A DNA stretch of 59,945 nucleotides, from NCBI GenBank assembly GCA_038062135.1, contig JBBTXT010000007.1:1-59945 (forward strand), given 5' to 3'. The translations under genes were made by a program, and so were the position numbers. Below the pieces are notes generated by a model. It saw only the letters and a program-made list of their open reading frames with translations, was not told the DNA's origin and did not search any database. This DNA is from Patescibacteria group bacterium (lineage in GTDB: Bacteria; Patescibacteriota; Minisyncoccia; 2-02-FULL-40-12; GWA2-44-9). Shown piece after piece: positions 16,112 through 26,699 of this stretch. Every line of letters begins with the position of its first letter. Within the stretch, counting starts at the first letter, position 1.

Positions 16112-17260
16112 ATGACACTTAGAAAAATAACCATAAAAAATACCCAGGATGAATTGGGGATAGTACACCAACTTCAGGAGAAGAATGATCCCGATAGCCT
16201 AAGGTTAAAGCGGTTTCTTGCCATGCCAGATTTATCCCGTACTCCAGGGAGTCCGATTAACGAACTTATCCAACGCATTTTGGCTTTGCCGGAAGTACAA
16301 AGTTTTGACGACGTTGAGGTTCCGGAGATTGTGCCCGCCGCCCAGAGCTTTGATTTGTTTGATTTTCCGGCCGATCATCCGGCGCGCAGCAAGTCCGACA
16401 CGTACTATGTAAATGATACACACATTCTGCGCACCCACACGACCATCTCTTGGTACTACTACCTCATGAGCGACGAGGCAAAGGAGAAAATAAAAAACAA
16501 CGAGCCATTTGGTGTTCTCACATATGGCAAGGTTTATCGCAAAGATGAAATAGATCGCCACCACATGAACGTGTTCCACCAGATAGATGGCTATTATTTG
16601 GCGCCGAAGAGTCTGAAAACCATAACGATAGAGGATCTTAAGGAAATTTTGGTGAAGATCGCTCAAGCGGCGTTCGGCAAAGATGTAAAGTACCGATTCA
16701 ATGAGGATAAATTTCCTTACACAGACCCGAGCCTTGAGATGGAAGTAGACAAGGACGGCGCCTGGGTTGAGGTGCTTGGTAGTGGCGTGGTGAAGGAGAG
16801 CGTGCTTAAAAAACTCGGCGTTGATTCCTCCAACTATACTGGTTGGGCTTTCGGATTTGGTCTTGAGCGCCTAGCGATCATCAGCATGGAACTGCCCGAT
16901 ATCCGCCTGTTGTGGTCCGACGATGAGCGGGTCAAGAAACAGCTCCAGCTTGGCAACAAATTCAAAGAGGTGAGCAAGTTTCCGCCCATAACGCGTGATA
17001 TATCGTTTATTGTTTCCCAAGATTTTATCCCAAATAACTACTTTGATTTGATTCGGGATTTGGGCGGAGACCTGGTTGAAGAAGTCCAGCTCCTGGACTC
17101 GTATGAGAACGTAAAAAAGTTCGGCGCGGACAAAAAAAGCTACACTTATCGGATCGTTTACCGAAGCAACGAGCGCACACTTGTTTCAAGTGAAGTAGAC
17201 GAAATTCAGGCCAAGATTTACGATGCTACCAAGCAGCAATTTGGGGCTGAATTGAGGTAG
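16112..17260 (+). CDS. pheS: single-chain phenylalanine--tRNA ligase, mitochondrial (FARS2)-like: PheS catalytic core + C-terminal FDX-ACB domain
   Basis: FPADHPARSKSDTYYVNDTHILRTHTT, GKVYRKDEIDRHHMNVFHQ (motif 2), GWAFGFGLERLA (motif 3), DIRLLWSDDERVKKQ. Then SKFPPITRDISFIV...YFDLIRDLGGDLVEEVQLLD...SYTYRIVYRSNERTL. Confidence 0.9.
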   Translation: MTLRKITIKNTQDELGIVHQLQEKNDPDSLRLKRFLAMPDLSRTPGSPINELIQRILALPEVQSFDDVEVPEIVPAAQSFDLFDFPADHPARSKSDTYYVNDTHILRTHTTISWYYYLMSDEAKEKIKNNEPFGVLTYGKVYRKDEIDRHHMNVFHQIDGYYLAPKSLKTITIEDLKEILVKIAQAAFGKDVKYRFNEDKFPYTDPSLEMEVDKDGAWVEVLGSGVVKESVLKKLGVDSSNYTGWAFGFGLERLAIISMELPDIRLLWSDDERVKKQLQLGNKFKEVSKFPPITRDISFIVSQDFIPNNYFDLIRDLGGDLVEEVQLLDSYENVKKFGADKKSYTYRIVYRSNERTLVSSEVDEIQAKIYDATKQQFGAELR

Positions 17261-19462
<2,202 letters not shown>

Positions 19463-19505
19463 TGAAGTGTAGAGTAGTATGTAGGTACGCCTTCGGGCGG
19501 TTTTT

Positions 19506-19535
19506 GAAACAAGTTTTTAAAGAAAAACTTGTTTC
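19506..19535. repeat. perfect 13-bp palindrome GAAACAAGTTTTT-AAAG-AAAAACTTGTTTC between gyrB and secE
   Basis: Seen directly. No flanking T-run, so it could be a terminator variant or an operator. Confidence 0.6.
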
Positions 19536-19599
19536 AGGCAGAATCGCAGTCCGAAGGACTTAAGCAATTCCGACTTTCAAAAAGATATACTTAAAGACA

Positions 19600-19782
19600 A
19601 TGTCTAAAGTCTCAACATTCCTGCGCGATGTCCGAGCCGAACTTGCCAAAGTAAGCTGGCCCGGCCGGAGTCAAACAATCCGATACACACTTATCGTGGT
19701 CGGTTTGAGCCTTGCGCTATCAATTTATCTTGGCGCGCTGGATTTTCTCTTTGGTTTTTTGCTTCAGAAGTTTATTATTTAG
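19600..19782 (+). CDS. secE: preprotein translocase subunit SecE
   Basis: 60 aa; FLRDVRAELAKVSWP followed by a single TM helix; upstream of nusG. Confidence 0.9.
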   Translation: MSKVSTFLRDVRAELAKVSWPGRSQTIRYTLIVVGLSLALSIYLGALDFLFGFLLQKFII

Positions 19783-19808
19783 CTCACTCATAAGATTCTT
19801 TATTTAAT

Positions 19809-20354
19809 ATGCCAAAGCAGGTAACTACCGTAGAACGCCGCTGGTACGCCATTCATACGTACTCGGGCTATGAGGACAATGTCGCACGAAACCTTATTCA
19901 ACGCGTAGAATCGCTTGGCTTTGAGAACAAGATTTTTAATGTTTTAGTTCCGAAAGAAAAGAAGATCAGGATCAAGGGTGGCAAACGCGAAACCGTTGAG
20001 GAAAAAATCTACCCCGGTTACGTACTGGTGGAGATGTTGGTAGACGACGACTCATGGTACATCGTCCGCAACACGCCGAATGTAACAGGGTTCATCGGAG
20101 CGGGTACGGTGCCGACGCCACTCTCGCAGGCGGAAGTGGATGACCTACTCAAGCGAACCGGCACCCAGGAGCCGACCTACCAGCTTGACCTTGCTCCGGG
20201 CGATCAGATTAAGATTATAGACGGCCCTTTCAAGGATTTTGACGGCAAGGTTTCGGAAGTTGATGCAGAGCGTGGCCGGTTGAAGGTATTAGTAACGATC
20301 TTCGGGCGCGAGACGCCGGTGGAGTTAGACTTTTTGCAAGTACGAAAGATTTAA
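19809..20354 (+). CDS. nusG: transcription termination/antitermination factor NusG
   Basis: WYAIHTYSGYE N-terminus and KOW motif GDQIKIIDGPFKDFDGKV. Confidence 0.95.
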   Translation: MPKQVTTVERRWYAIHTYSGYEDNVARNLIQRVESLGFENKIFNVLVPKEKKIRIKGGKRETVEEKIYPGYVLVEMLVDDDSWYIVRNTPNVTGFIGAGTVPTPLSQAEVDDLLKRTGTQEPTYQLDLAPGDQIKIIDGPFKDFDGKVSEVDAERGRLKVLVTIFGRETPVELDFLQVRKI

Positions 20355-20406
20355 TGAAATAATATGAGTTTCGGGAGCGCTTCTTCCCGAAATCCAAACC
20401 AAAATA

Positions 20407-20826
20407 GTGGCAAAGAAAATCAAGACAACATTAGTATTACAGGTAATCGCCGGACAGCTTGAGCCGTCTAAAATCGGTCAGGCGCTCGGTCCTCATGGAT
20501 TAAACCTTCAGCAGTTCATGCAACAGGTGAACGAGGCGACCAAAGACAAGGCGGGACAAGTTATTCCGGTTGAAATTACGATTTACGAAGATCGCACGTT
20601 TGAATTCAAACTCAGAACCCCGCCCGCAGCGTATCTTTTGCGCGTAGCGGCTGGCATAGAAAAGGGTTCCGGCACGCCGAACACTAAGAAAGTCGGCAGT
20701 GTCACCCTTGATCAAGTTCGCAACATCGCCGAACAAAAAATGGCAGACCTCAACGCCAACGACGTAGAAGCGGCGATGGAAATCGTCAAAGGCACCGCCC
20801 GCAGCATGGGAATTGAGGTGAAGTAG
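20407..20826 (+). CDS. rplK: 50S ribosomal protein L11
   Basis: [43 protein letters not shown] start. Confidence 0.95.
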   Translation: MAKKIKTTLVLQVIAGQLEPSKIGQALGPHGLNLQQFMQQVNEATKDKAGQVIPVEITIYEDRTFEFKLRTPPAAYLLRVAAGIEKGSGTPNTKKVGSVTLDQVRNIAEQKMADLNANDVEAAMEIVKGTARSMGIEVK

Positions 20827-20857
20827 CTTCTATTGAAATAAAACCAATGTTTGATAG

Positions 20858-20893
20858 GCTAACGGCGGCTCATGGTGAGTCGCCGTTAGCTTT
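20858..20893 (+). terminator. hairpin GCTAACGGCG-N13-CGCCGTTAGC followed by TTT (weak terminator / island boundary)
   Basis: Perfect 10-bp stem immediately after rplK and before the SD of dcd. Confidence 0.45.
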
Positions 20894-20912
20894 AGCCCTA
20901 AGGAGGGGACCG

Positions 20913-21467
20913 ATGGCTATCATGAACGATAGGTGGATTCGCTGGCAAGCTGAATTCCGGCGAATGATCGAACCGTTCTACCCGGACCAGGCACGCGAAG
21001 GCGTGATCTCGTACGGAGTGTCGTCGTACGGCTACGATGTGCGCATCGCAGACGAGTTCAAGATCTTCACGAACGTCCACTCGGCGGTCGTGGACCCCAA
21101 GAACTTGGATCCGCGCTCGTTCGTGGATTTCAAGGGCGACGTGTGCACCATTCCGCCGAACAGCTTTGCGCTGGCACGGACCGTGGAGTACTTCCGCATC
21201 CCGCGGGATGTGCTGGTCGTCTGCGTGGGCAAGTCGACGTACGCTCGGTGCGGGATCATCATCAACGTCACACCGCTGGAGCCCGAGTGGGAAGGCATCG
21301 TGACGCTGGAGATCAGCAACACCACGCCGCTGCCGGCCCGAATCTACGCGAACGAAGGCATCGCGCAGATGTTGTTCTTCCAGGGCAACGAGCCGTGCGA
21401 TACGTCCTACGCCGACAAGCGCGGCAAGTACCAGGCCCAGCAAGGCCTGACGCTGCCCAAGCTGTGA
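20913..21467 (+). CDS. dcd: dCTP deaminase (short proteobacterial-type Dcd), GC-rich
   Basis: [98 protein letters not shown] before ATG 20913. Confidence 0.9.
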   Translation: MAIMNDRWIRWQAEFRRMIEPFYPDQAREGVISYGVSSYGYDVRIADEFKIFTNVHSAVVDPKNLDPRSFVDFKGDVCTIPPNSFALARTVEYFRIPRDVLVVCVGKSTYARCGIIINVTPLEPEWEGIVTLEISNTTPLPARIYANEGIAQMLFFQGNEPCDTSYADKRGKYQAQQGLTLPKL

Positions 21468-21476
21468 GGGAAAGCC

Positions 21477-22124
21477 ATGCCATTCATCGCCCTAGAAGGA
21501 CCGGAGGGGGCAGGTAAAAGCGTTCAGCTACGAAAGCTCTCTGTGGACTTGAAGATCGCCGGACTGGATCCGATTGTCACCAAAGAGCCAGGCGGTACAC
21601 TGTTGGGTAGGCACATCAGAGGTATCTTGCTTGATGCGCAGAGCTGTGGATTGGATCCATTCGCTGAGTTCCTGCTCTTTCAGGCTGATCGAGCCCAACA
21701 CGCCTTAGAAGTTCTACGTCCTGCTCTTAAAAACGGCAGGTTCGTTCTTTCAGATCGGTACATCTTTTCCTCAATAGCCTACCAGATCCACGGTCGCGGC
21801 CTTGACGAAAAGGTGTGCCGACAGGTGATCAAGACGGCGACGCAAGGGCTCATGCCCGACCTCACCATCATCCTGATGGTTTCGCCTAAGGTTGGGCTAA
21901 ATCGAGCGATTGGCCGATCCACGGACCTGGATCGAATCGAGAGAGAGGAGTGGTCCTTTCACCAGAGAGTTGCTGAAGCCTACGAGTCGTTCATCCACAC
22001 TTTCCCGAACTGCGTAAGGGTGGATGCCGAACAAGAAGAAAGCGAGGTGTACCGAGACATACTTCAAAAGCTGGCAGAACGTTTCCCCGCCTCTAACATT
22101 CCGCCTGTGGCAGTTAGGGGTTAA
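21477..22124 (+). CDS. tmk: thymidylate (dTMP) kinase
   Basis: P-loop IALEGPEGAGKS, TKEPGGT, SDRYIFSSIAYQ. 9 nt after dcd. Confidence 0.9.
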   Translation: MPFIALEGPEGAGKSVQLRKLSVDLKIAGLDPIVTKEPGGTLLGRHIRGILLDAQSCGLDPFAEFLLFQADRAQHALEVLRPALKNGRFVLSDRYIFSSIAYQIHGRGLDEKVCRQVIKTATQGLMPDLTIILMVSPKVGLNRAIGRSTDLDRIEREEWSFHQRVAEAYESFIHTFPNCVRVDAEQEESEVYRDILQKLAERFPASNIPPVAVRG

Positions 22125-22210
22125 GCCCTTCGTTCGCGGTTGACGCTAGCCGTCATCGCGTGCGGAGGGCATCTTTTTTATCCAATAAAAACGTGCTAAC
22201 CTGAACCATT

Positions 22211-23686
22211 ATGAAGTACGTTCCGACAATCGGACTAGAAATCCACGTTGAGCTGAAAACGCAGACAAAGATGTTCTGCGATTGCAAAAACGACCCGGAC
22301 GAAAAGCATCCTAATCTAAACGTGTGCCCGATTTGCATGGCTCACCCTGGAACCTTGCCGGTTATTAATCAGAAAGCGGTTCAGAAACTAATTATGGTTG
22401 GACAGGCTTTGAATTGCGAAATAACCCGTGAGACTTTTTTTGAACGAAAGAACTATTTTTATCCGGATTTGCCCAAAGGCTATCAGATTTCCCAGTTTCA
22501 AAAACCGCTTTGCCGTGAAGGCCACTTGGACATAAACGACAAGCGAATTCGCATAGAACGCATTCACCTTGAAGAAGATACCGGCCGTTCCCAGCACTCA
22601 ACCGGCGAAGGGGACGAAACACTCCTGGACTTTAATCGGGCAGGGGTTCCATTAATGGAGCTTGTGACGCATCCTGATTTGAAAACCGCGGAAGATGTGC
22701 GTGCGTTTGCGCAAGAACTCCAGCTCATTTTGCGCTATCTTGGCGCATCCGATGCCGACATGGAAAAGGGTCAGATGCGTGTTGAGGTTAACATTTCGGT
22801 CGCAAAAGAAGGCGCCAAAGAATACGGCACCAAGGTTGAGGTAAAAAACATCAACTCCATCAGCGCGGCCGCCCGGGCGGCGGGATATGAATTTACTCGC
22901 CAAGTTGAAGCGCTGGAAGCAGGAGAGAAATTGGTACAGGAAACGCGCGGATGGGATGAGAACAAGGGAAAAACAATCAGCCAGCGCATTAAAGAAGGCT
23001 CCGCAGATTACCGCTATTTCCCAGAGCCGGATTTGCCACCACTTCATTTATCAGAGGAACTTATTTCCGAAATAAAGGCAAAAACTCCTGAATTGCCAGC
23101 ACAGCGCCGAGAGCGTTTTGCGCGGGAGTACGGTTCGCCCGAATCCGACATCGCCGTGTTTACGATTAACAAATCGCTCGGTGATTATTTTGAACACGTA
23201 GTGAGCGAGTTGGACTCGTTTGATAACTTAAAACATTTGCAACAGCCAGAAGCGGAACATCGTGCCAAAGTTCTGAAACTAGCCTCCAACTATCTGATTA
23301 CCGAGTTAGCTCGCCATGCGGCGGAGGTCGGCGCCGATCCGGCCGATACAAAGATTTCACCAGAGAGGTTTGCAGATTTAATCGTGCGCGTATTTCACAA
23401 AGAGATTTCTTCGTCCGCCGCCCAGACCGTTTTGGCGGAAATGTTTGCTACGGGTGCAACACCGGAGCAGGTGATTCGCGAAAAGGACCTTGCGCAGATG
23501 TCGGACGAGGGTGCGCTTGATTCAATTGTTGATGAGGTTATCTCATCCAACCAGCAGGCAGTTGAAGACTTTAAAAAGGGTAAAGAAGCGCCGCTGAAGT
23601 TCCTTATAGGAAAAGTCATGGCGGCTAGCAAGGGTAAAGCAAACCCCAGTATTGCCGAAGAAATTTTAAAACGAAAGCTATCATGA
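22211..23686 (+). CDS. gatB: Asp/Glu-tRNA amidotransferase subunit B
   Basis: TIGLEIHVELKT, CPICMAHPGTLPV, NYFYPDLPKGYQISQ, C-terminal YqeY-like LKFLIGKVMAASKGKANP. Confidence 0.95.
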   Translation: MKYVPTIGLEIHVELKTQTKMFCDCKNDPDEKHPNLNVCPICMAHPGTLPVINQKAVQKLIMVGQALNCEITRETFFERKNYFYPDLPKGYQISQFQKPLCREGHLDINDKRIRIERIHLEEDTGRSQHSTGEGDETLLDFNRAGVPLMELVTHPDLKTAEDVRAFAQELQLILRYLGASDADMEKGQMRVEVNISVAKEGAKEYGTKVEVKNINSISAAARAAGYEFTRQVEALEAGEKLVQETRGWDENKGKTISQRIKEGSADYRYFPEPDLPPLHLSEELISEIKAKTPELPAQRRERFAREYGSPESDIAVFTINKSLGDYFEHVVSELDSFDNLKHLQQPEAEHRAKVLKLASNYLITELARHAAEVGADPADTKISPERFADLIVRVFHKEISSSAAQTVLAEMFATGATPEQVIREKDLAQMSDEGALDSIVDEVISSNQQAVEDFKKGKEAPLKFLIGKVMAASKGKANPSIAEEILKRKLS

Positions 23687-23778
23687 AAGAAAAAGTTATT
23701 AAGCTGATTAATAAGTTATTTGATTTATTCGAGAAAGAACTGGATCAGATTTTGGCAGAAATTAATCAATCCGAGTAA
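23683..23778 (+). CDS. possible 31-aa micro-ORF MKEKVIKLINKLFDLFEKELDQILAEINQSE
   Basis: ATG overlaps the gatB stop (ATGA). Ends 2 nt before the next ATG. Amphipathic helix. Below the cutoff of the ORF track. Confidence 0.3.
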   Translation: MKEKVIKLINKLFDLFEKELDQILAEINQSE

Positions 23779-23780
23779 TT

Positions 23781-25013
23781 ATGGAAAGGTTTGAATATAA
23801 ACAATCTGAACAAAAGGAGGCTTTACCGGAGAAGGGATCGGATATAAAAGAAGCTATAGACAGGATTATGGCATCCAGAGCCAATGATCTTGATCGTAAG
23901 GTTGAGCTAGTGCGCGAACACCTCAAAACGAAATCGCCGGAACTTCAAAACCGTTATGGGGGCAGGATAATTAGTTTCCTTAAAAAAGCATCTAGGGGTA
24001 TGGGTATAGCATGTCTTTTATCGGTTGCCGGACTGTATGGTAATTACGAACGCACACGATATACTGTCCAGGAAAAGTCAGACCCAGATGGAAGTGTTGG
24101 ATTTGTTCATGAAGATCAAGAAACGACCGATGTTATTAATCTTATGACCGGTAGTAGTGAACTTTCCTCTGCCTTTAAGTTGAAAGTTGCTAGGGACGTT
24201 GCTAAATCGTTGTTTCGTGGGCGATTAGAGATTAATTTGCCTCCTGAGATAGATTCTGTTGGAGAAAAAGAATTCAACAACTTACTAGTTAAAGTGATAT
24301 CTGCTCACAAAGAAAGCCTCATAGCCGATGGTGGTCTGTTGGGAATAGACCTTGTGAATGCTGTAGGAAGAGGCGAAGATTTTGTAGGTTTTCTTATATC
24401 AATGCAGTATGGTGGGAAACACAAGAAAGAAATATACGAAATCTTATGGCGATTGGAGCGGGAGTGTGGTAATCCTAAAATAAGGTTAGTTTCTAGAGGC
24501 GACAAACATTATCTTGTTTTCAAGGGGAGTAAAGCCAACCAGTTTCGTGCGAGCTATCACCCCATGAGTAATATTATATATCTTTCCTTGGACAAAGCCG
24601 GAAACGGACCCTTATCCGACGATTTTATTGCCGAACTAAGCCATGGCAAGCAATTTTCAGAAACACCAGTAACAAGCTCTTTGGTCGGCATTAAAGATTG
24701 GATAGGCGTGTTCGGATCGTCTTTATACAATCAGCAGGATATAGACACATCTTATAACGAGCTCTATGATCAAGAAGGGTCCTTGGAACACGAAGCCCAC
24801 GGGGTTATTGAACCCAAGTTGCGGGACAAAGTACTAGACAGAGTTATAGACCGAGTTATTGAAAATAACCCGCAACTTGTTGTGCAAAGCCGAAAGGGGG
24901 ACAGTAAAGCTTTAAGAGATCTTAAGTTTAAAATACAATTAATAAAGCCAATGGGCGGAAAAGAATTGGATAGGATTTTAAAGGATAAACTTGCTCTCAA
25001 AAACCATGCTTAA
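23781..25013 (+). CDS. hypothetical membrane-anchored protein with HExxH motif (possible Zn-metallopeptidase), 410 aa
   Basis: One TM helix (GMGIACLLSVAGLYG) and LEHEAHGVI (HExxH) near the C-terminus. AT-rich. Confidence 0.55.
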   Translation: MERFEYKQSEQKEALPEKGSDIKEAIDRIMASRANDLDRKVELVREHLKTKSPELQNRYGGRIISFLKKASRGMGIACLLSVAGLYGNYERTRYTVQEKSDPDGSVGFVHEDQETTDVINLMTGSSELSSAFKLKVARDVAKSLFRGRLEINLPPEIDSVGEKEFNNLLVKVISAHKESLIADGGLLGIDLVNAVGRGEDFVGFLISMQYGGKHKKEIYEILWRLERECGNPKIRLVSRGDKHYLVFKGSKANQFRASYHPMSNIIYLSLDKAGNGPLSDDFIAELSHGKQFSETPVTSSLVGIKDWIGVFGSSLYNQQDIDTSYNELYDQEGSLEHEAHGVIEPKLRDKVLDRVIDRVIENNPQLVVQSRKGDSKALRDLKFKIQLIKPMGGKELDRILKDKLALKNHA

Positions 25014-25221
25014 AAAAATTATTGCGTTTCTAACGCGTACCCAGCCAGGACACGAAGCGATTCCGTCAATGAAAACAGTTTTAAGAGATGAAAGAATGGA
25101 TACCCAGCGCGATATGGCTCTGGCTAAGGGGCAAAAAGAACGCGAGGGTGCCGAGTGGCGGGAGAAACAAAAAGAAAAGGAACAAGAAACTCCTGAAGAG
25201 TCAAAAATCAGTGAAGTCTGA
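25006..25221 (+). CDS. hypothetical charged protein, about 71 aa
   Basis: ATG 25006 overlaps the upstream stop. Lys/Glu-rich tail. The 3' end overlaps convergent miaA by 14 nt. Confidence 0.3.
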   Translation: MLKKIIAFLTRTQPGHEAIPSMKTVLRDERMDTQRDMALAKGQKEREGAEWREKQKEKEQETPEESKISEV

Positions 25222-26095
25222 TAAGTTTTTCTATCTGTTCAGTCGAAGTAATCCAGTTAATTTCCTTGTTTCGTTTCCACCATGTCATCTGGCGCTTAGA
25301 GTATTTGATGATATCTCGCAAAAGCAGGTTGCGCATTTCTTCTTTTGAAACTTTATTTTGGAGATAATGGGCGATCCAGCGATATTCAAGTCCGAAGTTT
25401 TCAAGACGCTTCCAGCCTACGCCTTGGTTGTGGAGTTTTTTTACCTCTGTAACCATGCCGTGCTTCAGGCGATCGTCCAATCTTTTTTCTATTCTTTTGG
25501 CGAGTTTTTCTTTTGATAGGTTAATCCCAACCCAGAGCGTATCGTATTTAGATTCAGGTTTTGGTTCCGGAATAGGTTTTCCGGTTTGAGCGATTATTTC
25601 CAAGGCGCGGATCAAACGCCTTTTGTTGTGCCGGTCTATGTTGTGAGCGCGCCTCGGGTCAAGTTTTCGCAACATCTCAAAGAGATGCTGCGCGCTGAAC
25701 TTGTTGAAGTGTTTCCTTAATTTTTTATTCGGTGGGACTTCGGGCAGTGTAGCGGTTCCCAAGAGAGCGTCTATATAAAATCCAGTTCCGCCGCAAATAA
25801 TGGGGAGTTTTCCGCGACTATGAATGTCTAAAATCGCTTTTTCTGCGAGTTGGATATACCTTGCAACCGAAAAGTCTTTCTTAGGATCGGCAACATCAAG
25901 GAGATGATGGGGGATCATGCGTTGTTCTTGTTTTGTCACCTTGCCGGTGCCAATGTCCATTCCTTTGTATACCTGTCGCGAATCGGCAGAAATAATCTCG
26001 CCCTTAAAACGCTTTGCTAACTTTATAGCCAAGCTTGATTTGCCCGATGCGGTCGGGCCTACAATGATGATGACTTTTAGTTTACTTTTCGGCAT
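25208..26095 (-). CDS. miaA: tRNA dimethylallyltransferase
   Basis: P-loop IIVGPTASGKSSLA, SADSRQVYKGMDIGTGK, PHHLLD. Confidence 0.95.
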   Translation of the reverse strand: MPKSKLKVIIIVGPTASGKSSLAIKLAKRFKGEIISADSRQVYKGMDIGTGKVTKQEQRMIPHHLLDVADPKKDFSVARYIQLAEKAILDIHSRGKLPIICGGTGFYIDALLGTATLPEVPPNKKLRKHFNKFSAQHLFEMLRKLDPRRAHNIDRHNKRRLIRALEIIAQTGKPIPEPKPESKYDTLWVGINLSKEKLAKRIEKRLDDRLKHGMVTEVKKLHNQGVGWKRLENFGLEYRWIAHYLQNKVSKEEMRNLLLRDIIKYSKRQMTWWKRNKEINWITSTEQIEKLIRLH

Positions 26096-26136
26096 TTATT
26101 GATAGTATAGCCACACCCTAGCAAAGGAGGGCCAAA

Positions 26137-26652
26137 GTGAAAAGGCTTCTGGGGCTGATCCGCAAGGCACCATGGCACTTCTTTGCCGTGGCCATCCTGA
26201 ACGTAGACTTGGTAGTGATGCCAACCTTGCGCTACCTGGGCGTGAGGGGCTGGTGGCTCTTTGGAATCTGTGCCGTGGCAGTTTCCATTGAGTTTCACTA
26301 CTGGTTCTGGTTGACGGGCACTACGCTCAAAAACCCGACAAGGTTTCAATACCTTGTGTACTCGTTCGTACAGTTTTTGGACGGCTGGCTAGCAGATGCC
26401 ACGCACTTTACAAACGGGTATATCAACGGGACACTCAAGGTCATGGGCTGGGCGGTAAGCCACCTGGCGATGATCACGTGGGGAGCCGCGCCTTTTGCTC
26501 TCTGGGCTCCTGGCCTCGTTTTCTGCAAAGCCAAGCGGTGGCAGAGCGGATACTGGTCAATGTTCATGGGCAACCTAATCAAAGTTGGCTACTTCATTCT
26601 GGGCTGGGAAGTGGTGTTTTCTTTGATCAGGTCCCTGTCAGTTTCTTCCTAA
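26137..26652 (+). CDS. hypothetical membrane protein, 171 aa, GC-richer
   Basis: SD AAAGGAGGG before GTG. About 5 hydrophobic helices. Own terminator. Confidence 0.55.
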   Translation: MKRLLGLIRKAPWHFFAVAILNVDLVVMPTLRYLGVRGWWLFGICAVAVSIEFHYWFWLTGTTLKNPTRFQYLVYSFVQFLDGWLADATHFTNGYINGTLKVMGWAVSHLAMITWGAAPFALWAPGLVFCKAKRWQSGYWSMFMGNLIKVGYFILGWEVVFSLIRSLSVSS

Positions 26653-26668
26653 GCCAAAGGAAGCCGTG

Positions 26669-26695
26669 GGCCGTCGTGAGACGGCCTTTCGTTTT
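26669..26695 (+). terminator. rho-independent terminator GGCCGTC-GTGA-GACGGCC followed by TTTCGTTTT
   Basis: Seen directly after the 26137-26652 ORF. Confidence 0.7.
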
Positions 26696-26699
26696 AGGT

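Noticed and set aside
20898-21517. Long ORFs overlapping dcd in other frames and on the other strand (20898-21443 minus, 21032-21325 minus, 21037-21303 plus, 21143-21517 plus).
   Set aside because: These are shadow ORFs, typical of GC-rich DNA. The Dcd frame has an unmistakable family match and an SD. The others have Arg/Ala/Pro-rich nonsense composition.
20827-22210. Direct repeats (att-like) flanking the dcd-tmk cassette.
   Set aside because: Only trivial A-rich matches (AATAAAA / CCAAT) occur at both ends. They are too short to be meaningful without statistics.
22153-22338. 61-aa minus-strand ORF across the tmk-gatB intergenic region and the gatB start.
   Set aside because: It overlaps the gatB 5' end in antisense, and nothing supports it.
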